NCBI GenBank assembly: GCA_963976765.1
Contig: CAXBME010000020.1
Coordinates: forward strand, 62,001-126,000
Source: an uncultured Planctomycetaceae bacterium
Lineage (GTDB): Bacteria; Planctomycetota; Planctomycetia; Planctomycetales; Planctomycetaceae
DNA: 64,000 bases
Reading direction: 5' to 3'
In this document: positions 17,418-28,400 of the stretch, piece by piece
Numbering within the stretch: the stretch's first letter is position 1
Layout: every line of letters begins with the position of its first letter
The notes under the pieces: model-generated
What the model saw: only the letters and a program-made list of their open reading frames with translations
What the model was told of the DNA's origin: nothing
The model's database searches: none
Translations under genes and position numbers: made by a program

Positions 17418-19319
17418 TCAGTCGACCTTGTACGGCCAGCGACTGACTTTTGGGGCCACCTTTCGTTCGCTCTTAGCGTCTGCGGTGGAGATGCCTTCGG
17501 CGTAGACCAGTTTGCCGGTGTAGCCATCATAGAACTGAACGATGACCTGTGGCTCGTCGTACGAAACGTATTGATAACCGACTCCTTCCGGCTTCGCGGC
17601 CTTCATAATATTGTTCACATTGACGACCGCATAAAACGTGTTTCGTTGTCGGCTGTAATGAACGTTGTCAGGAAAGCCGGCGACCCATTTGATTTTTACC
17701 GTGCGACCTTCGCTGTCGAACCAGCCTCCGAACGGCGGCAGACCAGCCGTGCCGATCGGGTGTCCCGCTGAATTCATCGGTCCGCACATGAATTCCCAGA
17801 CGTTGTCCGTCATTTGAACCACGAACGAGTTGTGCACGTCACCGGTGAAGATGAGCACCGGCTTCTCGATGGCGTCAAGTTCCGGGATCAGTATCTCCCG
17901 CTCATGGACGTAGCCGCAAAAACCGTCGCCCTTCGACCCCGTTCCGCCTTCTGGTTTTACATGATAACCCGAGTGGTAAATGACCCACGGGTCGGGCGAG
18001 ATCACGAAAATGAAATCAGCGGTTGTTTTCTTAACGCCGTCCAGGAACCACTTTCGCTGAGTGTCTCCCAGGATGAATCGATCCTTGTCGTGAGCGTGTC
18101 CTTCGCCTTTGAACTTCGACCGTTCGCCACGGGTGTCCAGGAAGAAAAAATGGCAGTTGCCCATCTGGCGGTCGTAGTAGTGGTGCGTGCCGATGCTGTA
18201 AGGAATTTTCCCGTCAGCTTTGAACGCGGGAGTTACTCGCAGGCGATTCTGGTCGATGACTTCTTTCAGTCCGTAAACGCCGATGTTTTTTCCGCCGCGG
18301 TCCGCTATCGACCGACCATCGCCCTTCATGAATGGTCCGACATGGATCGTGCTGACCTGCTCGGGCTTGAGTGTGCTGAAATTGGCGTTCGGGTCGAAGA
18401 GGATGTCGGAGTTTGCTGTTGCCTGGCCGGTTCCAAATCGCAGCGGCGCTTTGCGAGGCGTTTCATCGTTCGCCCACGCGGCATAGCTCTGCCAGACGGA
18501 CAAAGCGTCGTCGCGTTTCAGGAAGTCACCGTTGCCCAGTCCAACTTCGCCGCTGCCATCGAGGTTTGAGTTGACCTCGTGGTCGTCGTACATCGTCAGG
18601 TAGGGCACGTAGCGAAACAGGTTGGACATGTTCCGGCCGCGATCCAGGTAGAGCTTGTAGTTAGCTGCGTAGCCCGCCCTCGTGCCGTCGAGAACTTCCT
18701 CGTAAGTGAAGTCGCCATTGACGACGTGAAAGGCGATGTCGTCTCGATGATTTTTGAACAGATTCAGGAACGATGGTGGATTCGCATAGATTCCCAGTGG
18801 AGCGTCTGGAAGAAGCTGCCGTGAGCAGCAGCCGATTGAGAAAGACAGGTTGAACTCTCCGTCTTTGTTGTTCATCGAGTCCGCAAAGCTGGTCTCATCA
18901 GGTAGCGTCCGGAACGACGGCCATGGTCGGTCGAATTCCAAGCGAGTGTCGACGAGGCCTGGTTTTGTGACGACTCCGTAGTAGTAACGAGTGTTCGGTT
19001 TCAGACCGCTCAGGTCGACGAATCCGGTGTTGTCTTTCGCCGCGTCAGTTCGACCTTCTACCGAAGGACTCTCCGGCGTGAGTGGCTTCTTCGTGCTGAA
19101 GACAACCCGAAACGACGCCGGTTCCGAGGTTCGCACCCAGACACGCATTGATGTCGGCATCGGCTTGCCGAGCATCGGCCCATGAGTCAGCCCACTCGTG
19201 TGATAAGGCATGACTTCATGCGCGACCGGATCCGGCCACTCATCAGCGAAGGTAGTTGCTGGAGTCGTGTCATAGAAGATGCTGAATGTCAGCGCGTAAG
19301 CAATCAGGTTGCGCATCAT
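17418..19319 (-). CDS. Alkaline phosphatase D (PhoD)-like metallophosphoesterase
   Basis: FN3-like N-domain (HGPMLG..VWVRT..LKPNTRYYY), GCC, NGDFTY, DDHE, LDTR, TGDVH. Confidence 0.88.
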   Translation of the reverse strand: MMRNLIAYALTFSIFYDTTPATTFADEWPDPVAHEVMPYHTSGLTHGPMLGKPMPTSMRVWVRTSEPASFRVVFSTKKPLTPESPSVEGRTDAAKDNTGFVDLSGLKPNTRYYYGVVTKPGLVDTRLEFDRPWPSFRTLPDETSFADSMNNKDGEFNLSFSIGCCSRQLLPDAPLGIYANPPSFLNLFKNHRDDIAFHVVNGDFTYEEVLDGTRAGYAANYKLYLDRGRNMSNLFRYVPYLTMYDDHEVNSNLDGSGEVGLGNGDFLKRDDALSVWQSYAAWANDETPRKAPLRFGTGQATANSDILFDPNANFSTLKPEQVSTIHVGPFMKGDGRSIADRGGKNIGVYGLKEVIDQNRLRVTPAFKADGKIPYSIGTHHYYDRQMGNCHFFFLDTRGERSKFKGEGHAHDKDRFILGDTQRKWFLDGVKKTTADFIFVISPDPWVIYHSGYHVKPEGGTGSKGDGFCGYVHEREILIPELDAIEKPVLIFTGDVHNSFVVQMTDNVWEFMCGPMNSAGHPIGTAGLPPFGGWFDSEGRTVKIKWVAGFPDNVHYSRQRNTFYAVVNVNNIMKAAKPEGVGYQYVSYDEPQVIVQFYDGYTGKLVYAEGISTADAKSERKVAPKVSRWPYKVD

Positions 19320-19362
19320 AGAATCGTCCCGTCGAATTCGAGATTTGTGATATGACGCTGAC

Positions 19363-19935
19363 TCAGCTTGCTGCGTCGCGAGCCTCCTCCAGCAGTTTGA
19401 TCCAAGGGCCGATGTAGTGGCCGTTGTCGTGGAAGGTGCGGCCGCTGACCATGTTTCCGTCGATCACGCAGGCTTCGTTCACGAAGGTGCCGCCGCAGAT
19501 TTCGAGATCGAATTTGCACTTGGGGACGGTCGCCATCTTCCGACCTTTGACGCAGTCAGCGGCGGCGGGGATCTCGACGCCGTGGCAGACGCTGGCGATG
19601 GGCTTGTTCTCGGCGAAAAAGTACTTCGTCACGCGGATGAGGTCTTCGTCGTATCGGATGTACTCAGGAGCTCGTCCGCCGGAGAAGAAGATGCCAGCGT
19701 ACTCTTCTTCTTTGATCTCAGAGAAGGCAACCTCGGCGTCGATCGTGTAGCCCTCCCATTCTTTGGTGATCGTCCAGCCGGGTTTCACTTCGTGGAGCAC
19801 CATCTGGTACTTGCGTTTTTCCGGAGCGGCGACGACGGGTTGGAAGCCGGCTTCGATCAGTCGGTAGTACGGATACATCGTGTCGAGTGTTTCGGTGGCG
19901 TCGCCGACGATGATGAGAACTTTACTGCTGGGCAT
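19363..19935 (-). CDS. DJ-1/PfpI family protein
   Basis: KVLIIVGDATETLD, SGGRAPEYIR, nucleophile motif VCHG; start moved to ATG 19935. Confidence 0.92.
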   Translation of the reverse strand: MPSSKVLIIVGDATETLDTMYPYYRLIEAGFQPVVAAPEKRKYQMVLHEVKPGWTITKEWEGYTIDAEVAFSEIKEEEYAGIFFSGGRAPEYIRYDEDLIRVTKYFFAENKPIASVCHGVEIPAAADCVKGRKMATVPKCKFDLEICGGTFVNEACVIDGNMVSGRTFHDNGHYIGPWIKLLEEARDAAS

Positions 19936-19964
19936 CGGATGGCTTTCTGAAAGATCGCTGAGAT

Positions 19965-20897
19965 TCAAATGCTGCTGAGGCATCTGGTAATGTATTCGCG
20001 AGACCGGTTGATCTCGGCGGTGACTTTGTCGGTGGTGTCGAGAATGGGGATGCCGCGCGGGACGGGGTGCATAAAGATCTCCGTCCAGCCTTCGTAATTG
20101 ATGTCCTGCAGAGCGGCGAGCAGCGGTACAAAGTCCAGGTCGCCTCGGCCGGGCATCTGGAGCAGTTCCTGCTCTTTCGGCAGTTTGACATGACAGCCCA
20201 TGCCGTGCTGCCATGCGTAAAACATCGCGATGCTGCTGCCCAGCGTGCGAATCAGGTCAGACTGAAGTTTCTCGTCCTGTTCAAGATGGTAAGGCGCGAA
20301 CGCGATGCCGAGATTCTCAGAAGTCCGCAGCTCGGCCAGCCACTTCAGCGAGTCCGGCGAGTCGATCAGGTTGTTGCCGTGATTTTCGATGGCAATCGTC
20401 ACGCCGGTTTCCTCGGCGACAGCCAGGTGCGGTTTCAGCTTCTCGACGAATGTGCCGACGGCCGCTTTCAGTTCTTTGCCCTTCAGATTCTTCGGGCCGG
20501 AACCTCCGCAGATGACCATTCTGCAACCAAGCCGTTGAGCCAGTCGCATTTCGTTCTGAAGTCCGAACGGTCCGAGCTTGTACTGAGTGATGCACCCCAG
20601 CGTGACGTCGTGCTTTTTCAGCAGAGCGGCAAATTTCTCTTCGCCCATTTCGTCGAGCTGTTCCCGCTGATTGCCGTGCACCTTCGGCCAGATGTCCAGA
20701 GCCGTCGCTCCGACCTTTGCGACTTCAGGGACGATCTCATCGACCGATGTGTAGCCGTACATGCAGGAACCGAGGATGTATTTCGGTTTGAGCTTTGGCG
20801 CGGCAAGTGCGAACTTCGGAATGCTGAACGCCGCTGCGGTCGCAATTGTTGCTGAGAGAAAATTACGCCGATCAATCGTCCTTTTGTCGTGCGGCAC
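19965..20897 (-). CDS. Sugar phosphate isomerase/epimerase (AP-endonuclease-2 TIM barrel), Tat-exported
   Basis: DRRNFL signal, IENH, PGRGDLDF, YEGWTEIFMH. GTG 20897 has AAGGA upstream; the ORF-track extension is repeat DNA. Confidence 0.88.
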   Translation of the reverse strand: MPHDKRTIDRRNFLSATIATAAAFSIPKFALAAPKLKPKYILGSCMYGYTSVDEIVPEVAKVGATALDIWPKVHGNQREQLDEMGEEKFAALLKKHDVTLGCITQYKLGPFGLQNEMRLAQRLGCRMVICGGSGPKNLKGKELKAAVGTFVEKLKPHLAVAEETGVTIAIENHGNNLIDSPDSLKWLAELRTSENLGIAFAPYHLEQDEKLQSDLIRTLGSSIAMFYAWQHGMGCHVKLPKEQELLQMPGRGDLDFVPLLAALQDINYEGWTEIFMHPVPRGIPILDTTDKVTAEINRSREYITRCLSSI

Positions 20898-20924
20898 CGG
20901 GCATTCCTTGTTTCGTACGAGTGT

Positions 20925-21002
20925 GTGTGCCACTGGCTCTGCCAGTGCGAAATACAGTTTGGCGTTCGAATCGACGCAGCACTGGCAGAGCCAGTGGCAC
21001 AC
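20925..21002. repeat. REPIN-like doublet: perfect 24-bp inverted repeat
   Basis: GTGTGCCACTGGCTCTGCCAGTGC (20925-20948) and its exact reverse complement (20979-21002); each arm is itself a CACTGGC/GCCAGTG hairpin. Confidence 0.9.
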
Positions 21003-21007
21003 GGAAC

Positions 21008-21751
21008 TTAATTGCTTCTTAGTTTTTGACCACTGTCCAGGAAGGGCACGCCCAGATGCATCAACTCGTCCGAGTCCTTTGCGTAAATCGGTTCGGGAGA
21101 ATACTGGGTCACGTAGGCTCTTCGCATCTGATTGGTGGTGTTGGCGCCGCTCCGGTGGAAGGTCAGCGAGCTGAATACGACGAGGCTGCCAGCCGGGACG
21201 ACGGCGGGGATGCCTGGTTCCTTGCCGAAGTAGCCGGTCTTGTCGCCCGTCTCCGGATCGCGAACGTGTTCGACGAGTGTCTTTACACCAATTGTTGAAA
21301 ACGGCATCACGCAGGCCGTGCCGTTTTCAAGGGTCATGTCGTCGACGGCGGCCCAGACGGTGACATACGGACGGTGAGGGAACCCGAGGTAGCCACTGTC
21401 CTGATGCCACGAGAACGAAATGCCCTGTTCGGCAGCTTTGGCGACGTACTGGTCGTAAAAGAGGAATGCGGTCTCGCCAATGGTGGCGCGGCAGACTTCG
21501 GCCATCAGATCGCTGAAGACGTACTCAGAAAGTCGCGGAGCCTGTTCGTACTTCTTCGCGATGTGATACCGCTTGCCGCGATGACTGATGTGAATGTGGT
21601 CTGTGCCGAGTCGATCCATTTCCTGGTGCATCAGATCAATCAGGTAATCGCACGAGTCACGCAGGATCTGCAGATGCTCGTCGGGGATCACGCTTTCGAG
21701 GATGAAGTAACCCTCGTCGAGGTATTGTTGTTTCTGTTGATCGGTGATCAT
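21008..21751 (-). CDS. Phytanoyl-CoA dioxygenase (PhyH) family Fe/2-oxoglutarate enzyme
   Basis: WHQD, VWAAVDD..ENG, HRSGAN..RRAY; start moved to ATG 21751. Confidence 0.92.
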   Translation of the reverse strand: MITDQQKQQYLDEGYFILESVIPDEHLQILRDSCDYLIDLMHQEMDRLGTDHIHISHRGKRYHIAKKYEQAPRLSEYVFSDLMAEVCRATIGETAFLFYDQYVAKAAEQGISFSWHQDSGYLGFPHRPYVTVWAAVDDMTLENGTACVMPFSTIGVKTLVEHVRDPETGDKTGYFGKEPGIPAVVPAGSLVVFSSLTFHRSGANTTNQMRRAYVTQYSPEPIYAKDSDELMHLGVPFLDSGQKLRSN

Positions 21752-21806
21752 GGGGGCGTCAAAACTGAATGAGGAAAAAATTCGCATCGGGAAGCGCCAA
21801 TCAGCC

Positions 21807-21828
21807 GTAGGGCCGCTTCCTACCGGCC
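21807..21828 (+). repeat. GTAG-type REP-like hairpin
   Basis: GTAG foot followed by GGCCG-cttcctac-CGGCC in the intergenic gap. Confidence 0.5.
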
Positions 21829-21861
21829 ATCTTGTGAGACGTCTTGAACTACGACGACTCA

Positions 21862-23160
21862 TCAGACGACTTCGAAGCCTTTTCGCTGCTCGCGGGTGAG
21901 TAGTTTGTTGGCGGCGGCATCGCCGGGGAATGTTTCGGTTTTCGGATCCCACAGCACGGGATGACCGACTTTCATCGCGATGTTGCCCAGGTGGCAGGTG
22001 GACACGCTGCGGTGCTGGCTTTCCACGCTGGAGACGGGCGTTCTGCGAGCGTGGACGCAGTCAAAGAAGTTGCCCATGTGATTGATAATGGCGTCGAGTT
22101 TTCCCATGCGAGCCGGCCGGTCGAGATTGTCGAAGTCGTACGCGGCGAAGTCTTCGCGACGCAGGGGATTGCTGGCGAGGTCTTCAACCGGCTTGCCCGA
22201 GATTGATCCTCGGTTCACGAAAATTCTGCCCGTTGTGCCGGTGAAAAGAATTCCATTTCGTCCGGTATCGAGCACCTTCATGGTGACTCCGTTGGCATAT
22301 CGATAACTGGCTTCGAAGTCGATCGCGACGTCGTATCCGTCAGGCGTGTCGGGATACGTCGCGGTCGTGGCAATTTCGACGGGATACGAGTTAATCGCCC
22401 ACTGAGCAATATCCAGGTGATGCGCGCCCCAGTCGGTCATCTGTCCGCCGGAGTAGGCATACCACCAGCGGAATGTGTAATGGCATCGCTCCTGAATGTA
22501 AGGCGTATCGGGTGTTTGCCCCTGCCAGAGATCCCAGTTGAGATTGGTGGGGACCGGAACTTTCGGGAATGGCCCGCCGACGAGATTCTTGCCAAGCACG
22601 ACTTCGACAGACTTCAATTCACCGATTCTTCCCTGATGGACCATTTCAACTGCCTGTCGGAATCGATGGTCGCTGCGCTGCCACGAGCCAACCTGGACGA
22701 CTCGGCCCGTTTCTTTGACGACGTCGCGGACGAGTTTTCCTTCGTCGATGGTCAGGGTCAGGGGTTTTTCGCAGTAGACATCTTTGCCGGCCCGGCAGGC
22801 ATCGATGATCATTTTTGAATGCCAGTGATCCGGCGTCCCGATCAGCACGATGTCGATGTCGTTTCGTTTGATGAGGTCCTGGTAGTTTTCAAAGTCGCGC
22901 GGCGTGCTGCCAAAGGCGGCTTTCGCTTGTTTGCGGACGTGGTAGTCGACATCGCAAACCGCCGTGATGTCTCCGTACATCTGCGCCTTGTGAGCGATCA
23001 CCGAACCCTGGTAACGCAGACCGATCGCCCCGACTCGAAGCCGCTCGTTCGGAGACTTCGGTTTGTCCTGAGCAGTAGCCGGTGCCACAAACAGTCCGGC
23101 AGCGATGGCAGCGGATGAGGTCGTCAAGAAATCACGTCGTGAAATATCTGAATGGGGCAC
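21862..23160 (-). CDS. Gfo/Idh/MocA family oxidoreductase, Tat-exported
   Basis: SRRDFL signal, [18 protein letters not shown]; probable GTG start 23160. Confidence 0.93.
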   Translation of the reverse strand: MPHSDISRRDFLTTSSAAIAAGLFVAPATAQDKPKSPNERLRVGAIGLRYQGSVIAHKAQMYGDITAVCDVDYHVRKQAKAAFGSTPRDFENYQDLIKRNDIDIVLIGTPDHWHSKMIIDACRAGKDVYCEKPLTLTIDEGKLVRDVVKETGRVVQVGSWQRSDHRFRQAVEMVHQGRIGELKSVEVVLGKNLVGGPFPKVPVPTNLNWDLWQGQTPDTPYIQERCHYTFRWWYAYSGGQMTDWGAHHLDIAQWAINSYPVEIATTATYPDTPDGYDVAIDFEASYRYANGVTMKVLDTGRNGILFTGTTGRIFVNRGSISGKPVEDLASNPLRREDFAAYDFDNLDRPARMGKLDAIINHMGNFFDCVHARRTPVSSVESQHRSVSTCHLGNIAMKVGHPVLWDPKTETFPGDAAANKLLTREQRKGFEVV

Positions 23161-23273
23161 GGCTGGAGACTCCAAATGTGATTCGTGAGTGATGACACGC
23201 AAAGGCGTTTTATCGCGAAGAATTTCCGGGACTTACTTCCGCGAATTCGGCCCGTCGCGTGTGATAACGACAG

Positions 23274-24116
23274 TCAGTCAAGTTTCAGGTTGTAAAACTG
23301 TTTCGCCGTCCCGCCGAAGATGAGGGCGTTGTCGGAATCACTCAGCGGGCCGAGGACTTCGACCAGTGCAGAATGAACCTGCTCGTAGGTGGCAGCGAGT
23401 TCGCAGACGGGCCAGTCGGAGCCGAACATCAATCGTTCCGGGCCGAATGCTTCGAGAGCGGTTTCGACGTACGGTTTCAGGTCGGAAGGTTTCCAGCTGG
23501 TCCAGTCCGCTTCCGTGACCATGCCGGACAGTTTGCAGTACACGTTGGGAAACTTCGCCGCCGCTTTGAAGTTGTCGATCCAGTCGTCGAGGACCTGTTC
23601 CTTGATACGTGGCTTGGCGAGATGATCGATCACCATCGGCAGTTCGGGCAACTCTCGGGCCAGCGTCGCGGCGTGTTTCAGATGCTTGACGAAGAACAGC
23701 AGGTCGAACGGGACTCCGTGCTTCTGCAGAACTTTCATACCTCGGATGATTTCCGGGCGAATGGCGAAATCGTCGTCAGGCTCGTCCTGAGTGATGTGTC
23801 GAATTCCGACGAACTTTGGATTGTTTTTGAATTCGAGCAGCTGTTCTTCGCATTGCTCACTGGCGAGGTCCACCCAGCCGACAACTCCGGCAATGAAATC
23901 GTTCTCTTCCGCCAGTTCAAGTACCCAGCGGTTTTCCTGGACGTTGTGTTGAGTCTGCACGAAGACCGTTTTATCGACGCCGACTTTCGCGATTCGTTCA
24001 GCCAGGTCGGCCGGGACGAAGTCACGTTTGATTTTCGCCAGGTCGGGAGCGTCCATCCACGAATAGTCGAATGGTTGGCTGAACTGCCAGAAGTGCTGGT
24101 GAGCGTCGATGATCAC
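23274..24116 (-). CDS. Amidohydrolase-2 family protein (L-fuconolactonase-like)
   Basis: IIDAHQHFW, VVGWVDL, GIRH, IDHLAKP, CKLSG, FGSDWPVC. Confidence 0.92.
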   Translation of the reverse strand: MIIDAHQHFWQFSQPFDYSWMDAPDLAKIKRDFVPADLAERIAKVGVDKTVFVQTQHNVQENRWVLELAEENDFIAGVVGWVDLASEQCEEQLLEFKNNPKFVGIRHITQDEPDDDFAIRPEIIRGMKVLQKHGVPFDLLFFVKHLKHAATLARELPELPMVIDHLAKPRIKEQVLDDWIDNFKAAAKFPNVYCKLSGMVTEADWTSWKPSDLKPYVETALEAFGPERLMFGSDWPVCELAATYEQVHSALVEVLGPLSDSDNALIFGGTAKQFYNLKLD

Positions 24117-24145
24117 TGTCGTTTGCTTTCGTGCTGATGCTTCTT

Positions 24146-24231
24146 GAACGCAGAGTTCACAGAGTTGAAAAACGCTGAGGTACAGAGCGGACTCACTTTT
24201 TCTCTGTGAGTCCTCGGCGATCTCTACGTTC
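24146..24231. repeat. CGCAGAG-family palindromic intergenic element, copy C
   Basis: Right arm CTCTGTGAGTCCTCGGCGATCTCTACGTTC is 26/30 identical to the right arm of copy A; left arm starts GAACGCAGAG. Confidence 0.8.
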
Positions 24232-24273
24232 CGTTCTTGTCTGACTCAGGAACAGGTGGTGAGGTCGTAACAG

Positions 24274-25065
24274 TTACTTCTCAACCGGCAGTAATCGAAT
24301 CTGCCGGATGTCGCAGGCGGCGACTTTCGCTTTCTTGACTGTCCGGATTCTCAATGAGAAGTCGCCGGCTTTTTCGACCCGGACTGTCCCGACTTTTCTC
24401 GCCTTGAAGTTCTGGAAGTGCCCGGTGTCTTCGATTTCGAACTGGCACTTGCTGCCAGCGATTTCGATTTCGACAACGCTTCCACCCTGTCCCTTGCCGC
24501 AGCCCTGCAGAATTTCGACTTCAAATTCAGCTGGCTGAGAGATGCCGACGTGCCACTCGGCCCAGTCATCGGCGTTCGCCCAGTAGCCCATTGTGTTCTT
24601 ATGAGGCTGCGGTTCGTAACGCAGGAGCTTTCCATGAGTGATGACGTGGTGGGACGGCAACGTCACCTCGCCGTTTTGGGATTGCTTCACGACGTGCGGC
24701 TTTGTTGGCAGTTCGACTGGCTCAAGTGTTTCGAAAATGACGACACCGGAGAACTCGCCGAGTTCTTTGGGAAGCGAGACTTCCCACGTGGTGATCTCTG
24801 GTTTGAATTTGAGCTTCGACTCTTCTTCAGTCTTGTCTTCGAGATGGACACTCTTCATTCGATTATTGAGTCGCGGGAAAGAGATGACTCGATTAGCCGG
24901 AAGTTTCGAAACATGCAGTTCGAGTGCCGATTCTTGAGCGACGATTCGTCCCCAGCTGACGTCGGCAGGAAATTTCTTGACCAGTTTGTCGTCGGCTGAG
25001 GCTGGCTGAATGGCCAGCAAAAGTAGAGTCGCGAACGTGGCAACCGATGTTGTGAGACGCGTCAT
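24274..25065 (-). CDS. Exported protein with C-terminal carbohydrate-binding-like beta-sandwich
   Basis: Sec signal (..PASA-DD); C-domain LRYEPQPHKNTMGYW..WAEW..QGCG..DTGHFQNF resembles a module seen on planctomycete sulfatases (from recall). Confidence 0.7.
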   Translation of the reverse strand: MTRLTTSVATFATLLLLAIQPASADDKLVKKFPADVSWGRIVAQESALELHVSKLPANRVISFPRLNNRMKSVHLEDKTEEESKLKFKPEITTWEVSLPKELGEFSGVVIFETLEPVELPTKPHVVKQSQNGEVTLPSHHVITHGKLLRYEPQPHKNTMGYWANADDWAEWHVGISQPAEFEVEILQGCGKGQGGSVVEIEIAGSKCQFEIEDTGHFQNFKARKVGTVRVEKAGDFSLRIRTVKKAKVAACDIRQIRLLPVEK

Positions 25066-25224
25066 GTGTTGGTCCGGTAGTTGACTGGGATTTGAAACGA
25101 GTTTTCACGCGAAGGCGCGAAGTGATGTGAAAAGACAAGCTGAAGCTTAGCGGGCAACTGGTGCGGATTTCACGGCTACCGGCTTGTCGTGTCAGGTAGC
25201 CCGTTCAGAATGTGGCTGGCTGAA

Positions 25225-25307
25225 GCGGGCCAGGCTCTGTCTGGCGGAGTTTGGAATTGATGGTGGTAATGACTGCCTCGGAATTCGTCAGGCAGACCCT
25301 GGTCTGC
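25225..25307. repeat. Degenerate REP doublet (GCAGGTCAGG..CCTGACG family)
   Basis: GCGGGCCAGGCTCTGTCTGGCG and inverted CGTCAGGCAGACCCTGGTCTGC; most differences are G-U compatible. Confidence 0.6.
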
Positions 25308-25419
25308 GCGGACGTTGGCTGACGGTACCGCATTGCCAGTGGCCCGAAGACTCACGTCCGGAATATTCATTCTGTACGATGCTCGACGATTCAGTCGTGC
25401 CCTCAATGAGATCTCAACG

Positions 25420-28400
25420 ATGACACTCCGAAGCAACTGGCCAGTTCGTCGAATGAATCAGTTTTCTTTCGCCGCTGCCTTCGTGGCGTTCTTAGGTACT
25501 GCCACCTTGTCAGCGTTTGCCGACTCGTCTGAGAAAGTGGATTTCGATCGAGACATTCGACCGATTCTGTCGAACACCTGTTACACCTGCCACGGCCCGG
25601 ACGCGAATAAGCGGGCGACAGAACTTCGGTTTGACGTTGAAGAAAATCTGTTCGGAAAGCACGACGAGCCGGTCGTTGTGCGAGGCAAGCCATCCGAAAG
25701 TGCGCTCGTTGCTCGCATCACCAGCGGTGATCCGGATTACCGCATGCCGCCGGTCGATGAAAAGCAGCAGCTGTCGAAAGCCCAGATTGATTTGTTAACT
25801 CGTTGGGTGGAGCAGGGGGCTCCGTACTCGGGCCACTGGTCGTTTCAGCCGGTTGTTCGTCCGCAGTTGCCGATGGTCGAGCGAGCCGACTGGCCTCGCA
25901 ACGGCATTGATCATTTTGTTCTGAACCGGATGACCGAACGAAAGTTACAGCCGTCTGATCGAACTTCGAAGGAGACGTTGATTCGTCGCATCACGCTCGA
26001 CCTGATTGGCCTGCCGCCGACTCTGGAAGAGGTCGACGCATTTCTTGCGGACGACTCTGAACAGGCATTTGAGAACGTCGTCGATCGGCTGCTGGCTTCG
26101 CAACGATTCGGCGAGCACTTTGCGACCGCGTGGCTCGATGCCGCCCGGTATGCCGACTCGAACGGTTATCAGCAGGACCGAACGCGGACGCTGTGGCCCT
26201 GGCGCGACTGGGTGATTCGAGCGTTCAACAGCAACATGCCTTTCGATCAGTTTACGATCGAACAGCTGGCGGGCGATCAACTGGAGAATGCTTCGATCGA
26301 TCAGCAGATCGCGACCGGTTTTCATCGGAACCACATGCTCAATGGCGAGGGCGGTCGGATCGCGGAAGAATCGCGGGTTGAGTACGTCATGGATCGTGTC
26401 GAAACAACTGGCGCTGTGTGGCTCGGTTTGACGGTTGGCTGTGCTCGGTGCCACGATCACAAGTACGACCCCGTTTCTCAGCGGGAGTTTTACCAGCTTT
26501 ACTCGTACTTCAACTCGATCGACGAGTCTGGTCGAGTCGATGCTGGTGGCAATGCAAATCCTGTGCTGGCAGTTCCGACAAAGGAGCAGTCAATACAGCA
26601 GTCCTCGCTTGCTCAGAAGCTGGCTGACCTGCGTAAAGATCTTTCGTTTGTGACGACCGCGGAACGGCAACGAGCATGGGAGACCGCGAAGCTGGTGGAG
26701 CTGTCGAAGGATCAGACGCCGCCTGTGTGGGAGTTGCTCAAACCGGCACGCTTTGTCTCCGAGCAGGGGCAGACGATGACGCTTCAACCTGACGGCTCGA
26801 TGTTGCTGACCGGGAAGAATCCAAAGAACGACAACTACGAGATCGAGTTTGTGGCCGGCGCGTCCGGCATTACCGGAATTCGTATCGAAGCAGAACCGCA
26901 TCCGGAGTTCACCAACGGAGGCTTTGCTCGTAGCGACAGTGGCAACTTTGTACTGACGGATTTTTCAGTGCAGGCTCGTCGGTCGAAAGAGTCCGAGTTT
27001 TCGTCAGTGAAGATTGGCTCGGCGCAGGCAAGCTTCGAGCAGGGCGGGTTTAAAATAGAGAAGACTTTCGACGGAGATTCAAAGACGGGTTGGGCCGTTC
27101 ACAATCCTTCGAACATGAAGATTCCTCGGCAGGCCGTTTACGTTTTTGACAAACCCATCGGCGGCAGCGAAGGCACGACGTTGATCGTGCGGATGAAACA
27201 CGAGTCGCAACATGCCTTTCACAATCTGAGTCGCTTTCGCATTCTGGTGACGACGCAGCCCGAGCCGAAGCTGGACTCGTCTGACGGCGGTCGCGAGGCT
27301 CTGGCCAGCGCTCTGACTGTGGAACTGGAAAAGCGGAGCGATGCTCAGAAGAAGTTGATTGCTGAGGAGTTTCGGAAAGGTTCGCCGGAAGTGCTCGGCG
27401 TGCAGAAGCAGATCGACAGTGTCACGAAGCAACAGGGCGATCTCGACAAACAGATCGTTCGCACGATGGTCATGAGGGATCGCAAGGACGCGCGAGAGAC
27501 GTTTGTGCTGAACCGAGGCGTCTGGGATCAACCGATCAAAGAACAACCGATTCAGCCGGCAACTCCCGATTGCTTGCCAGGTCTTCCTGAAGAAGTATCA
27601 AAGAACCGGCTGTCATTGGCGCGGTGGGTGGTTTCGAAAGAGAACCCGCTGACGCCGCGAGTTGTCGTGAACCGTTACTGGCAGCATTTCCTGGGAACGG
27701 GGCTGGTGACGACGCCGGAAGATTTCGGTTCGCAGGGTGAGCGACCGACGCATCCGCACTTGCTCGACTGGCTGGCCGCCGAGTTCGTCGACAGCGGATG
27801 GAACGTCAAGCACATGCTCAAGCTGATCGTCATGTCGGCGACCTATCAGCAGAGTTCGAAGGCGACTCCGGCAATGATGGAAGCGGACTCGTCGAATCAA
27901 TGGCTCGCTCGCGGAGCACGGTTCCGTTTGACGTCTCAAACAATCCGCGATCAGGCATTGATGGTCAGCGGGCTGCTCGTTGACAAACTCGGTGGGCCGC
28001 CGGTGAAGCCGTATCAGCCGCTGGGGATCTGGTCGGACCTTTCACTGGGCAAGATCAAGTACGAACAGGATCACGGCGAAAACCTTTACCGCCGCACGTT
28101 GTACACGTTCTGGCGGCGAGCATCGGCTCCAACCATGCTCTTCGACGTGGCGACTCGGCAGGTCTGCAAAGTCCGCACCAGTCGCACCAACACGCCGCTG
28201 CACGCCCTCGTTCTGATGAACGATGACACCTACGTCGAGGCGTCGAGAAAACTAGCCGAGCGAGTGTTGCTTGAAGGCGGAGCCACCGACGACGACCGTC
28301 TGGAATACGGCTTTCGTCTGGCCACTTGCCGCCACGCAACCAGCGCCGAGCGTTCGGTGTTGCTCGACGTGCTGAACAAAGTCCGAGCCGACTACGCCAC

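Noticed and set aside
20898..21002. Cys/His/Trp-rich N-terminal extension MCHWLCQC suggesting a metal site
   Set aside because: It is the translation of the inverted repeat; a GTG start with RBS sits right before the Tat motif.
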